Positions 1-11,192 of a stretch of 64,000 bases of DNA are shown one piece after another (position 1 is the stretch's first letter; each line of letters begins with the position of its first letter). The position numbers and the translations under genes are program-made. The stretch comes from Pelomyxa schiedti (Eukaryota > Protista > Evosea), in NCBI GenBank assembly GCA_020536535.1, contig JAHLWZ010000004.1:310001-374000 (forward strand), read 5' to 3'. The notes below the pieces were generated by a model. It was not told the origin of the DNA. It did not search any database and saw only the letters and a program-made list of their open reading frames with translations.

Positions 1-964
1 AGGAGTCATGGCGCTAATTAATTTTTGTTATTCAAGACAGTTTCAGTTATTGTAATAAGATATACCCAGAGCTTTCCCAGACAATATTGTGCCCCGCATA
101 AGCAAAAGTATGCTCCGTATACAACTGTAACTGATTCATTTTGAAACTAATTTTATTAACAAAGATTACAGATTCGCATTAACCTTGCTAGAAGCTCAAC
201 AAGCTGTTGGAGTGTCTCCAATTTGGGGACTTTATCCCGTGATATATCAAGAAGTAAACCCCTAACAGCATTTTGCGTGATGAGAACACATGACTAGGGG
301 AAGAACTACCTTGTGGCCAAAGAAGGAAAATCCATGACACAGATTGGAGGAATAAACAAGTGAGGGTAGAGGCGGCACACATGAATAATTTGCAATAAAG
401 TGAGGAGGCCATAGAACAGTCCTTTTCAAGTCAAAAGGCAAATTGGAGAACTAAAAGAGCATTTCCCACAGCGTGGAGTGTAATCTGAATACCAGAATCG
501 GTCCTTGATATCAAAGAAACATCCTTCCCAGTCTTGATCATCATGACATAGCCCTGGTCATGAATCAAAGCCTTCGAGTAGTCCAATCCCAGGGGCGAAT
601 CACTAGTCTCAGAGCTAGAATCGCGTAACAAATCCGCTGTTACGCGAACCGCCCCATCACAACCGCATTGATGAACGTCGCTGGTGTTCCCTTCTCCCAT
701 CATCGGCTCCTCTGCAGTCGCGGAGGTGGTGTATTTCGCAAAGCATTCAAGGCCAAACCGACGACCGTGGAGTCTCGCGGCGTGGGCAAATCTACTGGAG
801 CAACAACTGTCACCCACAATGATGGCAATAGCCGGACTGGAGCGCAGCACTGCGCCGACGTCATTTGTAGGCGACGTAGCGTAAGTGTTCGACAGTGGCA
901 CAATGGACTTTGGTAAGGGCAGTAGGTTGTCCCCCAACACGCCAGCCCACGTAACCGACGTCAT
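1..964 (-). CDS. Beta-N-acetylhexosaminidase, GH20 family, bacterial-type; 5' part only, runs off the left edge
   Basis: Manual splicing (first intron gtattc...gaaaag) gives GH20 domain-2 'LISRTDSGLFYGLLTLLQII', then the catalytic-domain start 'RGLLLDISRDKVPKLETLQQLVELLASFKMNQLQLYTEHTFAYAGH'. At least four GT-AG introns. Confidence 0.88.
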
Positions 965-1033
965 TTCTAAATAATTAAATCAAACGATCTTTTGATTGTT
1001 TCTGGGAAAAAACACAACAAGGAGAAAATGTTC

Positions 1034-3748
1034 TCATTCACACCAGCTATCGTCGGAGCCAGTGCCACTATCACCATTGCTGCTGGCACTGTCACTACAA
1101 GATTCACTATCACTATCAATCGAATCAGGCTCATTCGACTCGTCATCACTGTCAGGGAGGGAAGGAGGCGGAGCAGCAGAAGAAGGATCCGGAGGAGCAG
1201 CGTGCTTGGAAGCCCAACGAATGGCCACCAGGCCACAGGCGCCAGGCCCCCCGACGTGGATAGCATCAATGGGCCCCTCATCCCCTCGCGCCGGCTTGCC
1301 GCCGTCGCCTACCACAATTGCCAGCTTCTGGCGGCTGGCCACCGCGTAGTTCTCCACGGCGGAGTACCCGCCGCCTCCCCCGCCGCAGGACAGCGAGCCC
1401 CCGCCTCCTCCGCCGTATCTCCACCCCGGCGCCCCCCCCTTGCTCTTCTTTGCCACGGGCATGCGGGCGCCCTTGCCCGACACCGGGTGCTGGTCCGCCC
1501 AGCTCCTCGCCTCTGCCCCCCCGCGCCCGCCGCACCCCGCGTACTTCAGCCTGCCTGCGCCATCCTTGCGCCACCGCCCTTCCCCGGCAGCGCCGCCGCC
1601 CCCGTGGGAGCCCTTGGTGCCGTCCTCGGGGGAGTGGCCGCCGTCGCCCCCGTTTGCTTTTGTCCCGGTCCCTCCTTGGCTGCCCCCGGGCTCGGAGCTG
1701 CCTGCTTTCCCCCCGCCGGCTGTTACAATCCCTTCGATCATTGAGTCACCTCCATCTGTTCCCTTGAGTGGCTTCAGTTTGCCCCAGGAGCCCCCTGCTC
1801 CTCCCCCACCAATCGCAATTGCATTGATTGATGTCACGCCTGATGGAACTTTGAAAGTGAATTTGCCTGGTGTGGAGAAGACTTTGCAGGGCTGTGTTAT
1901 GAAACTGGTCCCAATCCAGCCAGTAGAGTGTTGTGGCTGTTTAGCCAGAAGCTTGGGACCCCCAACCGTTGCTCTGACTTGCACAACATATTTAGTGTCC
2001 AGCGAAAGATCTTCCAGAATGTAAGTGTTCCTTTTGGTATTCCACTCGTGTAGGACTTTAGTTCCACGCAGTAGTTCACCCTGATATGAATAGGCCAGTT
2101 TTGGCTTCGGTATTGACACATCTGTTGTTGTCTCTTTCAGTTTGATTGTAGCAGTTGTGCCTTGCACCCTGCACTTCAATTCCAAAAAAGGAAATAGGTA
2201 CAGCCCACACTGTGAGAGTACCTTTTCTAGCATGCCGGAGTCAGCCACAAATGTCAGCTTCCCCAGTTGCAGTGGCTCTGGAAGGCAAATATCGTCAGCT
2301 TCAAGAAAATCGTCCACCAGGGGTTGTGTATCTTCATCATTTTGGAGGAGGGTCAGAGTCTGCAATACCGAGAAGTTATTAGGGCATTCTCTCAAGTGCT
2401 GAATTGCGTCTTTGATTTGGTGAAGTTTGTCACGTTCAAGCAGTATTTTCTCTGTTGGTTTGTAAGAAAAATGGAAGGTGATGGGGGAACAACTTGTAGA
2501 TTCAGTAAGTGCATGTGACAGTTCTGCCTCCATTGCATCCAGTTGTGAAAGGAAAAGGGTCTTTTGTTTGTCCACAGCCTGATGAAAGGAGGAAAATACG
2601 GTTTCTATGGTATCTCGTGTTCCTCTCACATCAGCCTTCAGCCGTCTTCGTTCTGTGTCTTCTCCAACCTTGGGGTCGGAGACTGAATTTAACGTCGTCT
2701 TAATTTTCCTTGATGTTCTGAGAAGTGTGTCAAGTACTTCGTCGTGAGCAGTATCACGAATTGTGGCATCATCTCCGTCCTCTTCTTTGCAGAGAAGGCA
2801 GCACAATTTCTATTGATGTTCAGAGGGGCAATTTAACTGAACTGAAATCACAGTGACTGCACACCTTGTGATCAACAGACCACATATCAAGGCCTTTATT
2901 TGGGTGCCGCGGGCACTTTGCCTCAGTCAAGACTTGCTTAGGTTTTAGTGCAAGTGAAATCCTCTTATGCGATTCATTTACTTTAAGCTTGTGCACCAAG
3001 CTATCACACTGAGCACACAAAGCAATTTCTTCGTTTGGACACCAGACTGTTGCCTCATTTGCAGTGCACTCTGCACACCGCAACGTGTTATGTCCTCCCT
3101 TATCATTTTCAGACGTGGCACTCAGGCCGAAACCGGCATCCTCCATAACCGCAAGCAATCCCATGGTAGTGAGATTCTTCTCCCATGCAGCAACTTCAAC
3201 TCTACAAATGGGGCACAGGTGTCTGGCATCACTCTGCGCAGTGGTCCAGCATACAGAGCACACTGTGTGCCCGCATGGTGACAGCAGAATAGGGTGGATT
3301 TCCGAGGCAGAGTATTTCTGCCTGCACAGCCCGCAACTGGCTGTCAAGTGACGAGAACTCCCTCTTTTTTTCCCCTCATGTGCCCCACCTAGAACATTGT
3401 ATATAAGTTTAGCCGAAAGAAGCCTTAGAGAGTTCTACTTTTAGGGACTCCAAGCTTCAGTGGTGATGCACCGGAAGCGGAACTAGCACTAGAACTCGAA
3501 CTAGCGGTAGAACTAGGGCTAGGGCTAGAGCTAGAAGCAGAACTGGCATTTGAATTCGAACTCGAAGCTGAGCTGGAGCTAGACATCACGGGAGCTGCAC
3601 TTGCAAGCGATGGCGCGCTCTTTTGACTCAACGGCAAAGGGGACGCAGGTTTATTCAGGGGGAGGGTATCGGGGCGCGATCTTTTGTTGGGAGGCTCGGA
3701 GGCCGCAGTTGACGCTGAAGTCGAGGCTGAGGCCGACGCCGACGACAT
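1034..3748 (-). CDS. TRIM-like protein: Ser-rich N-terminus, RING, two B-boxes, coiled coil, FN3-like region, glycine-rich C-terminal domain
   Basis: Exons 3748-3439, 3388-2865 and 2809-1034 join in frame. RING: CGLC...CGHTVCSVC...CPIC. B-box: CAEC...C...CAQCD...H...H. Second B-box: CPRH...LCCLLC. FN3-like YVVQVRA. Gly-rich FKVPSGVTSINAIAIGGGGAGG. Confidence 0.85.
3480..3580. repeat. Degenerate hexamer repeat (CTAGAA/CTAGAG/CTAGGG) encoding the poly-Ser tract of the TRIM-like protein
   Basis: Visible in sequence; lies in exon 1 on the minus strand. Confidence 0.7.
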
Positions 3749-3970
3749 ACTACAACGACAGAATCCAACAAATGATGGAGTATTTGGTGGTGTTTCGTGG
3801 AAAACAATTCTGGTGGCTCTTGAAAGAGTTGTGTGAATCCCAAAGACAACGAACGAATCATTTTGGTGTTAAGAATTCAATGAGCGTTTTCTTTTCTTTC
3901 CTTGCTCAGAGGTGAAGGTCTGGAAGTGGGAAAAACTTGAGTAAGAAACTTGGTGGGTTTTGAGGGTGGT

Positions 3971-6041
3971 TCATACTTCAAGAAGAACAAGGTCTCTTCC
4001 ACACAGTACAGCCAAGCAGTCACTTCCAGCCATGCACATGAAAGAGGGTGTGCCAGGTTGGTACACGAATATGTGAACCAATTCGCGGTTGAATATATTG
4101 TACACCTTTGTAGACAGAGTAAGAATAGGGTTGTTAAATTCGGTTATAGGACATACAAAAATTTTCTGCTGCCGAGCAATAAAAAGGAATGGGGTATCCA
4201 GTAGGGAACTGCTGAAATTCATCAAACTTTCTGGAAGTGTGCACAGCTCTTTGCAACTTCTGGTGTCATAAACGGAAATAGAATACCCTACACTGGATTA
4301 AAACGGGCTTGCGAGGATAGAAGCCGGCGTACCACATAAGGCAAGGCATCCATGAGACACAAAGGCTTCTTGAATTGGAAATTTCGGCGTGATCACAGTT
4401 AATGGGGTGTTACTTTCCAGAGAGGCTACCCAAGCAGACTCGGCACCAATAATAACAAAGCGTCGTGAATCCTTATCTATCTCCAACTTGTACACAGGGT
4501 GACCAACATCATACTCCTAGTACGAGTTGCGTTTGCTGGTTATGAATGGAGAGTAAGCTTTCGGGTTGAGAGATTGTGCCAATGCGAACAGATAAAGAGA
4601 TAAAACGAACGAAGGTACAAACCATTTCACAATGGTAGTGTCCACTTCCACGTTTCCATACTTTCACATTGCCGTCGTTTGAGACAGAAATGATAGTTGT
4701 TAGAAAGGGGAAATCTGATGGCTTGACAGAGGCGAGTGCACAAACAGATTTTTTGTGTGCTTGCCACCAAGAGAAGTCCGAATTATTGGAATGCGTACCG
4801 GTTGTATTTGTATGAAGTTGCCATAGTCTGTGCTAGTTTTAATACATTTCATTGTGAAAGCAAAGTCCTAGAATACCTTATCTTTCCATTTGTGTAACCA
4901 GCAACAACCTCGCGGGAGTAAGAGTCATAAAGTATACTTGAGACGCGGTCTCTGTGGTCAGAAGTTCGCATTGTTGTGACATGCACTCCAGAACGAATAT
5001 CATACACCTCCACTAAGGCCTGCATCTCACTCGCAAAGATAAAAATGTGCTTAGAGAGGTCCGTGAAGACTATTCTATGCGGTATAATACTGATTTGAGG
5101 CATTGAATATAACCCACTCAAATCAAGGGACACAACATTGCTGGGAGGCAGTAGATGCCCACAAACGTGTGCTGGCAAGTCAACATCATTCACTGAGGTG
5201 TACAACCTCGCCTTAAGATGCTCATTTGCTTGCCTGATTTCTTTAACGATTCTCGAGGAAATGGGCAGGACAGTGGTGACAACCTGAGGAAAAGGTGGAA
5301 GTAGAGCGGGGATAGGCGGAGGCAAATGAATTGGAGGCAGTGGAATAAAGCTCAGGCGTGCCATGTCTGTTATAGTTTCTTGTCTTACTGTATGCTCAGT
5401 TCCTAATCGTACACATAGTGCATCAATGCACTCATGAACTCCGTCATGCTTGCACACAAGAATGTTGCTAGAATCCCATGCAAGAATACTAGTAGACTCA
5501 GCATAGGAACGAAAGCTATACTAAGGACAATGAGTATTTTGGGAGTTTTTGTGAAAAGTGAGAGCACACAGGAGCAGCACCACAAATGAATTCTTGTTTA
5601 GCATATGAGGTCTTAAAGAACTGCTTCCAGGAAGAAGGTTTCCCCTTGCATAGGGGTGGTGGTGACTGTGGCAGACAAAATCTGCCAGAACACATGCTTC
5701 TCCAAACCTCTTCATCATTAGACATCATATTAAACTGCCTTTTTTTCACGGTTAGTAAACTCAACAGTCAGTGGAAAAAGCCCACAGCACAAAAACAGTT
5801 TATTTTTTGTGTGACAAAGAAGGAACCTATTAACCAAGGAGACAGAGCACAAGTCCTTCAAATTCAAGAACATGAAAATCCTCACCAGTGCATCCCTGTT
5901 AAGTCTCGAGACGAAATTGAACCCACCGGTGTCCAGGAACCCATCCAACAAATCCTCATTCTCCTCATCGTCAACCTCGCCTCCATCACCATCAATCTTC
6001 TTCTCTTGGTGCACGTCACCCCCAGGATTGGGCACGTCCAT
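3971..6041 (-). CDS. F-box protein with a probable beta-propeller-like C-terminus, multi-exon
   Basis: F-box-like 'VSRLNRDALVRIFMFLNLKDLCSVSLVNR...NDEEVWRSMC', followed by collinear minus-strand ORFs 4849-5457, 4298-4495 and 3971-4225 with beta-strand-rich segments. Confidence 0.65.
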
Positions 6042-6296
6042 CCCTGCTGTTCCTCTGGTTTTTTCTTTCTCTTTATCTTTTGGGAAAAAAAAAAAGGGAA
6101 AATTCCCTGTGGGGCATGACCTCCTGAGGCTTCAACAATCTGATGTGGCAGCACCGGAAGGTACGGAAGCCGCCACTTCCATTCCCTTGGGAATCCTCCA
6201 GAAAGATGTTCCACAATTCCCGAAAACCAATCGTTGTGTGTTTCCCAACGAACTGTACATTGTACATTACAAGAAACAAAACACACCATCGCCACC

Positions 6297-8746
6297 ATGG
6301 CATCCGCAGCCACTGCAGGCTCGTCGGATGTGAGTGAGGCCACCAGGCACGTCGTGAGCGTGTCCTACGTGATCTGGAACGTAGTAGTGCCCGTGGCCAT
6401 TGTTCCCGGCACGAGAGGGAGCGCGAAAGCGAGGGCCAGCGGGAGCGAGAGGCAGGACGGCGAGGGACCGGCGGCGGGGGGTCGCCTGAGAATGGGGCCA
6501 AAGGGGCAGGTGGTCCACTTCCCACAAGTGATTTTTGAGGACGACCTGGTTGTGAGCTGCGTGGATTTGCTGGTGCTGGCTGAGGCTCTGTTCCCATTGG
6601 TGCGGTGTGCCCTGATAATGTGTTGCTTACTAGCTGAGAGAGACTTGGATGAAATAGACTCTAACCGCGTTCGTTTCCGTAGGTGGCCTTATCTTGCAAA
6701 CAAGTTGTGAAAATATGCCCAGCTAGAAGACCCGACATTTCTCTCTGCATATGCGCAAAGGCTGGAGCCTATTCTTGTGCCAAGTGGTTGTGCAATCACG
6801 GGGTGGTTTGTGCGGCAGACAACCCCGGTATCTGTGCCCAGGCTCTGCAGTATGCCTGCGCTGAAGGTCACTTTAAGACAGCACAGCTGATTCGCAATAT
6901 TGGTCTGTTTCATAGAGAGGCTGTAGTACCAATTTTCACTCACGTATGCACCTGTGGAAACCTTAGCATCGCGAGATGGCTGGCCACCGAGTTCCAACTA
7001 GGTCCCGACAACATACCTAGTACTTCACAAAGGGCAACACTGGAATCGGTTTGCCAGAAAGGTCTCAAAGAGATTGTGCAATACCTTACAGATCTGTTTG
7101 AGGTGACCGGGCCCGAGGCTAGGTCTTGGTCTCTTCTTAACAGCGCATGCTCAGGTGGCCATTTAGAACTTGCTTCATGGTTGGTGGACAGATTCGACTT
7201 GACGGCTGATGACGCAATTTTTGCTCTCGAAGATTGCTGTAAACGAAATCACTTTGACATGGCCAGGTGGCTGGCAGATAGATTTGGGCTATATGATTAC
7301 GATCAACGTATTAAGGAGGCATTATGCGGTGCCTGTAAATGCGGGAACCTAGCTTTGGCTAAATGGCTTGTAAGTACCTTTGCATTGGACATGACAGATA
7401 TCCTCAGTAACCGGTGCTTGGCGCTACAGACTGCCTACTCCGAGGGACACATTGATATTGCAGACTGGTTATTGACAGAGTACCCTTCAGCAAAGGAAGC
7501 TTTCCGAGATTGCGTTGTTTCCTTTTGTTCTTTCTCCATCGAATCTGTGTGCAGAAGCGGAAATTTGGCACATCTTAAGAACATTGCGTCTGCGTTCTCT
7601 ATCACAGCCCAAGACTTTAAGCACTGTGATGCCCGTGGAAATGCTATCAGAAGTGAGAATGTGGAGCTTATTCAGTGGCTTGCTGAGGAATTCTCTCTAG
7701 CCGAGGACTTCCTTGAGGCTGGATCATCTGTATGTGCCACACGGAACATAAACTTCTCCAAGTGGTTCATCACCCATTTCGAGGTACCCCGAGAAAATAT
7801 TATCAACCAGTGCCTCACGCAGTGCGCCGTTCATGGGAACTGTGAACTTGCCAAGTGGATGCTATGCACCTTCTCCATCACCCCGGAAGAGTTCCGCGAA
7901 GCATCCGGGGCGATTTCGCTCTTCTGCTCCAAGGGCTCTTTGGAGTTCGTGCAGTGGATGGTAGAGACATATTCCGTGAAGCGAGACGAGATACTGAACG
8001 AAGAAAACAGCGGATTCGAAGCAGCCTTCGAAAGCCGGAACTTCGGCGTCGCGTCGTGGCTGATCCAGCACTTCTCCATCACCCGCGACGACATCCAAAA
8101 CGACGACATATACGCGAAGTGCAACGACTTTGAAGACGCCGAGTGGGTGCACCGGTCACTATTCCGCGGCGGCGCCGAGGAGGCCAACGGGCTGTTCCAG
8201 ATCGTCTCTCGGAACCACGACATCGACTTTGGCGACTGGCTGGTGAAGAACATGGTACGCCGCGCGCGGCCCAAGCACTTCCACAACGTGCGAGCTCTCG
8301 TCGCGGCCTGCGAGGGCGACGACGTGTGCCTCGCCAAGTGGTTCGCGAGCACGTTCGAGCTCAACGCGCGGGACATCAGGGCCAGCGACGCCATGGAACT
8401 GGCGTGCGCGGCCGGAGCACTGCACGTCGCGAAGTGGCTGCGGCAGGCTCATGGGATGGCGCCGCCCGACGTAGTCAGGGTGTTCAGGCTCAGCTGCGTG
8501 AGCGGGAACCTGTCGACGGCCGAGTGGCTTCACCGGGAATTCAATGTGACCGCTGACGACGTGAGGTCCGCGTCGTATGTGGCCGTCACGTCGGCTTGCC
8601 ATAATGGCCATTTGGATGTGGCAAAGTGGCTGGTGCAGTGCTTCTCACTTACTGACCTTGAAATGGCCGCGCACAGCAAGACCCTGCTCAAGAACTGCAG
8701 CTGCGAACCCAGAGTAGTCTCCTGGCTCAAGCACTTCATCCACTAG
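6297..8746 (+). CDS. Ankyrin-like repeat protein with a lineage-specific N-terminal header
   Basis: ATG in GCCACCATGG. Exon 6297-6599, an 83-nt intron (CTAAC branch, ccgtag acceptor), then exon 6683-8746, restoring 'AEALFPL|VALSCK'. Many ~36-aa repeats of type ACxxGHLxxAxWLxxxFxLT. Confidence 0.85.
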
Positions 8747-9246
8747 TTAAATACCACCATACATAAACATTCTCCTAACTGTGCCAAGTGATCGTTCAAA
8801 AGAAAAAACCCAAGTTGATTGTACCCAAGCTTGTTTGGTGTCGCGTTTCTGGTGCAAGGATGGCCGAACACCTAAAAAATCGAAGGACACCTTCGTAAAC
8901 GAAGGTTGGTTCGAATCACACCTTCGATTCGACTTTAGAAATAGAATAGACATTTCTTGTTTTCTTATTGTGGTTACTGTGTTACAATGGAAGTTCCTTT
9001 CTGTCCGGAACATTTTCATGCAAGAAGTACTTGTGGCACATCCTATATGAGAAAGGAATGGGTGCTCCGCCTCATATTCATCTCCCTACACGGCTGAATA
9101 AAATAATCAACGGACCGGAACGCTGTCCCGTTGCTATGGACCAACTTAATAATTTTACAAGAGAAAAAATAAAAATCATGAAAATGAATGAAAATTGTGT
9201 ATTTGTATATTTTTTGTATTTTTTTTGTATGAGGTGAACTCACGCA

Positions 9247-9996
9247 TCACCCACGTGAACATACACAGCCATAGGAAACAGCAACAGATGGCCATTTCTC
9301 CAGTATAAGTACTACTCCGGGATGAGCAGATACTGCCGAAAACAGCAACCTTCTGCTCACATCTTACTATCCTCAATACAAAAGGGATCAACGCACCCTT
9401 GGCCTGGAAAACGCCTGGGGAGCTCCAGGATAGTGAACGACATTGCTAGTAATGCACGCGGTACACCAAGTGCTGGCTCACTGCAACAAGGGCGTTCACC
9501 TAAAACGGTGTCTGTTTTTACCAAAAAAAATTTCTCTAGTTTCCAGTCAATTAATTTATGAGTGGCCAGAGTTGGTGGTGGCGTTGGAAACATCTTGGAG
9601 GGCGCGTAACAAGGCGTCAATGAGCTCGTGGCCGTGCTGAATTGAAGTAGTCTGGGCCCTCCTGGTCTCCCTCTGCGTGGTCTCGATGCCGTCGACCTTC
9701 TGTTGCAGCTGCAGCAGCATCTCGTTGTATCCCTCGAACTCCCGCCTAGCCGCCGCCGCCGCGTCCGCCACCCTCTTCATCAGCCCGGCCAGCTCCCCCT
9801 GCGTCCTCGACAGTGCCGCGTCGCTGCTTGTTGTTGCGCCCTGCACGCACGTGTGTCACTTTACTCACCAAAACGTGGTAGCACATACAGACGCTCCCGG
9901 AGGGTCTCTGATTCTCTCCGTGCCACACATGTCACACGCGGTGTACGAGATCGGGTTCTCATATGTGCACACAGGACAAGCCCACTGCATTTGCAT
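9247..9996 (-). CDS. RanBP2/NZF-type zinc finger protein with a coiled coil
   Basis: 'WACPVCTYENPISYTACDMCGT' matches W-x-C-x2-C-x3-N-x6-C-x2-C. The next exon is helical. The 3' end is approximate. Confidence 0.7.
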
Positions 9997-10183
9997 GGTA
10001 ACAGTTTTTTTTTGTTTATTGTTCTTTGTGACGGCCGGAAAAAGGGGGCACCTCAAAATACGTAAAGTTTCCCAAGCCTTTTCAAACTTGGGAGTAACAC
10101 GAGAAAAGAGCTCGATAAGAAACAGAACACTAAATCAGAACACTAAATTTATTGCTCAGCAAAGCATTTTATTGATAAACACT

Positions 10184-10935
10184 TCAGCTTCTGGCAATGG
10201 TGACCTCAACTTCTACTCCGGGCTCGATTGGAATGGAGGTCTGAGAATTTCGGTGAGAAATTAAGAGTGACAAAAGAGTGAGATTGGGTAAGCACTAGGC
10301 AGAAAAAGAGGTGGTGCCCGGTAGTTTGTGGTAGGTTTTAAATGTTATTGAGGAGAAAAACATACGATCTCTTTGACAACTTCGGAGGGGCTGTGGAGGT
10401 CAATAACACGCTTGTAAATTCTCATTTGGAACCGGTCCCACGTTTTGGAACCTGGGATTATTCAAAAAAGAAGCCGGGAAGTGCGTCAGGAGTACCTTCA
10501 CCACAAGGTGTCCTTCTTGTGGTAATTCGCAAAATCTTGGTTGGCATTCTCAGTGGTCCGCGTACGTGAAGGTTTTTGTTTTTTGCTCCCCTGATGAGGT
10601 CCCTGCACACTGCACCTCGTTAAGAGAAGCACGCACGAAAAACTATGCAGTGTCGCACGACATGTATGTGCGTTAAACTACAAAACATAGAAAGCGAAAT
10701 CGATGCATATTAAACCAGCACAAAATAAAAACCACAAAATAACCAAAAGGGTAGACGGGGAAAAAAGCGGCATACCCTTCTCCACATTTCGCTTGTTGCG
10801 GCTTGTTAAAGTGATTCTAATGCGATGGCGTGGGTTCTCTACATCAGCGACTTTCTTTGTGACGGGGGGATGCACGGCTGCTGGTGCGGGTGCCACTGGT
10901 TGTGGTGGGTTTGTTGCGGTTGCGGTTGTCGCCAT
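10184..10935 (-). CDS. RPS20: 40S ribosomal protein uS10 (S20) with a Thr/Pro/Ala-rich N-terminal extension
   Basis: Four exons give '[27 protein letters not shown]...[66 protein letters not shown]'. Confidence 0.97.
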
Positions 10936-11192
10936 TTTCTACGTGAGATCTGTCGTGTTTTGTCGCAGGACCGGTAACGTGTCTCGTGCGAGACGATGGC
11001 GCGATTGTGTGATGTCCGAAAAGCGAAGAACGGGAAAAAAATTTAATTTAATTTTTTTCCCTTCATTTATTGAGGCACGTCACTCCTTTGGCTGCAATTG
11101 CGAATTTTCTTAGGGACTGTTCTAACCCTCTATTTCTTATCTCTTAGGCGAAAGTGCAGAAAAAAAAACAAGTCCGACTACAACGACTACTC

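Noticed and set aside
188-964. ORFs 964-431 and 412-188 are in frame across a single TGA, suggesting Sec or read-through
   Set aside because: A canonical intron (gtattc...gaaaag) spans the TGA and switches to another frame that gives clear GH20 motifs.
992-2024. Long overlapping antisense and alternative-frame ORFs in GC-rich blocks (also 5882-6597, 7831-8611, 11691-12455, 15030-15629, 40303-41563, 51961-52653)
   Set aside because: These are shadows of GC-rich coding sequence with few stop codons; they have no recognisable domains.
10246-10775. snoRNA hosted in the longer RPS20 introns
   Set aside because: No C box (RTGATGA) and D box (CTGA) pair, and no convincing H/ACA double hairpin.
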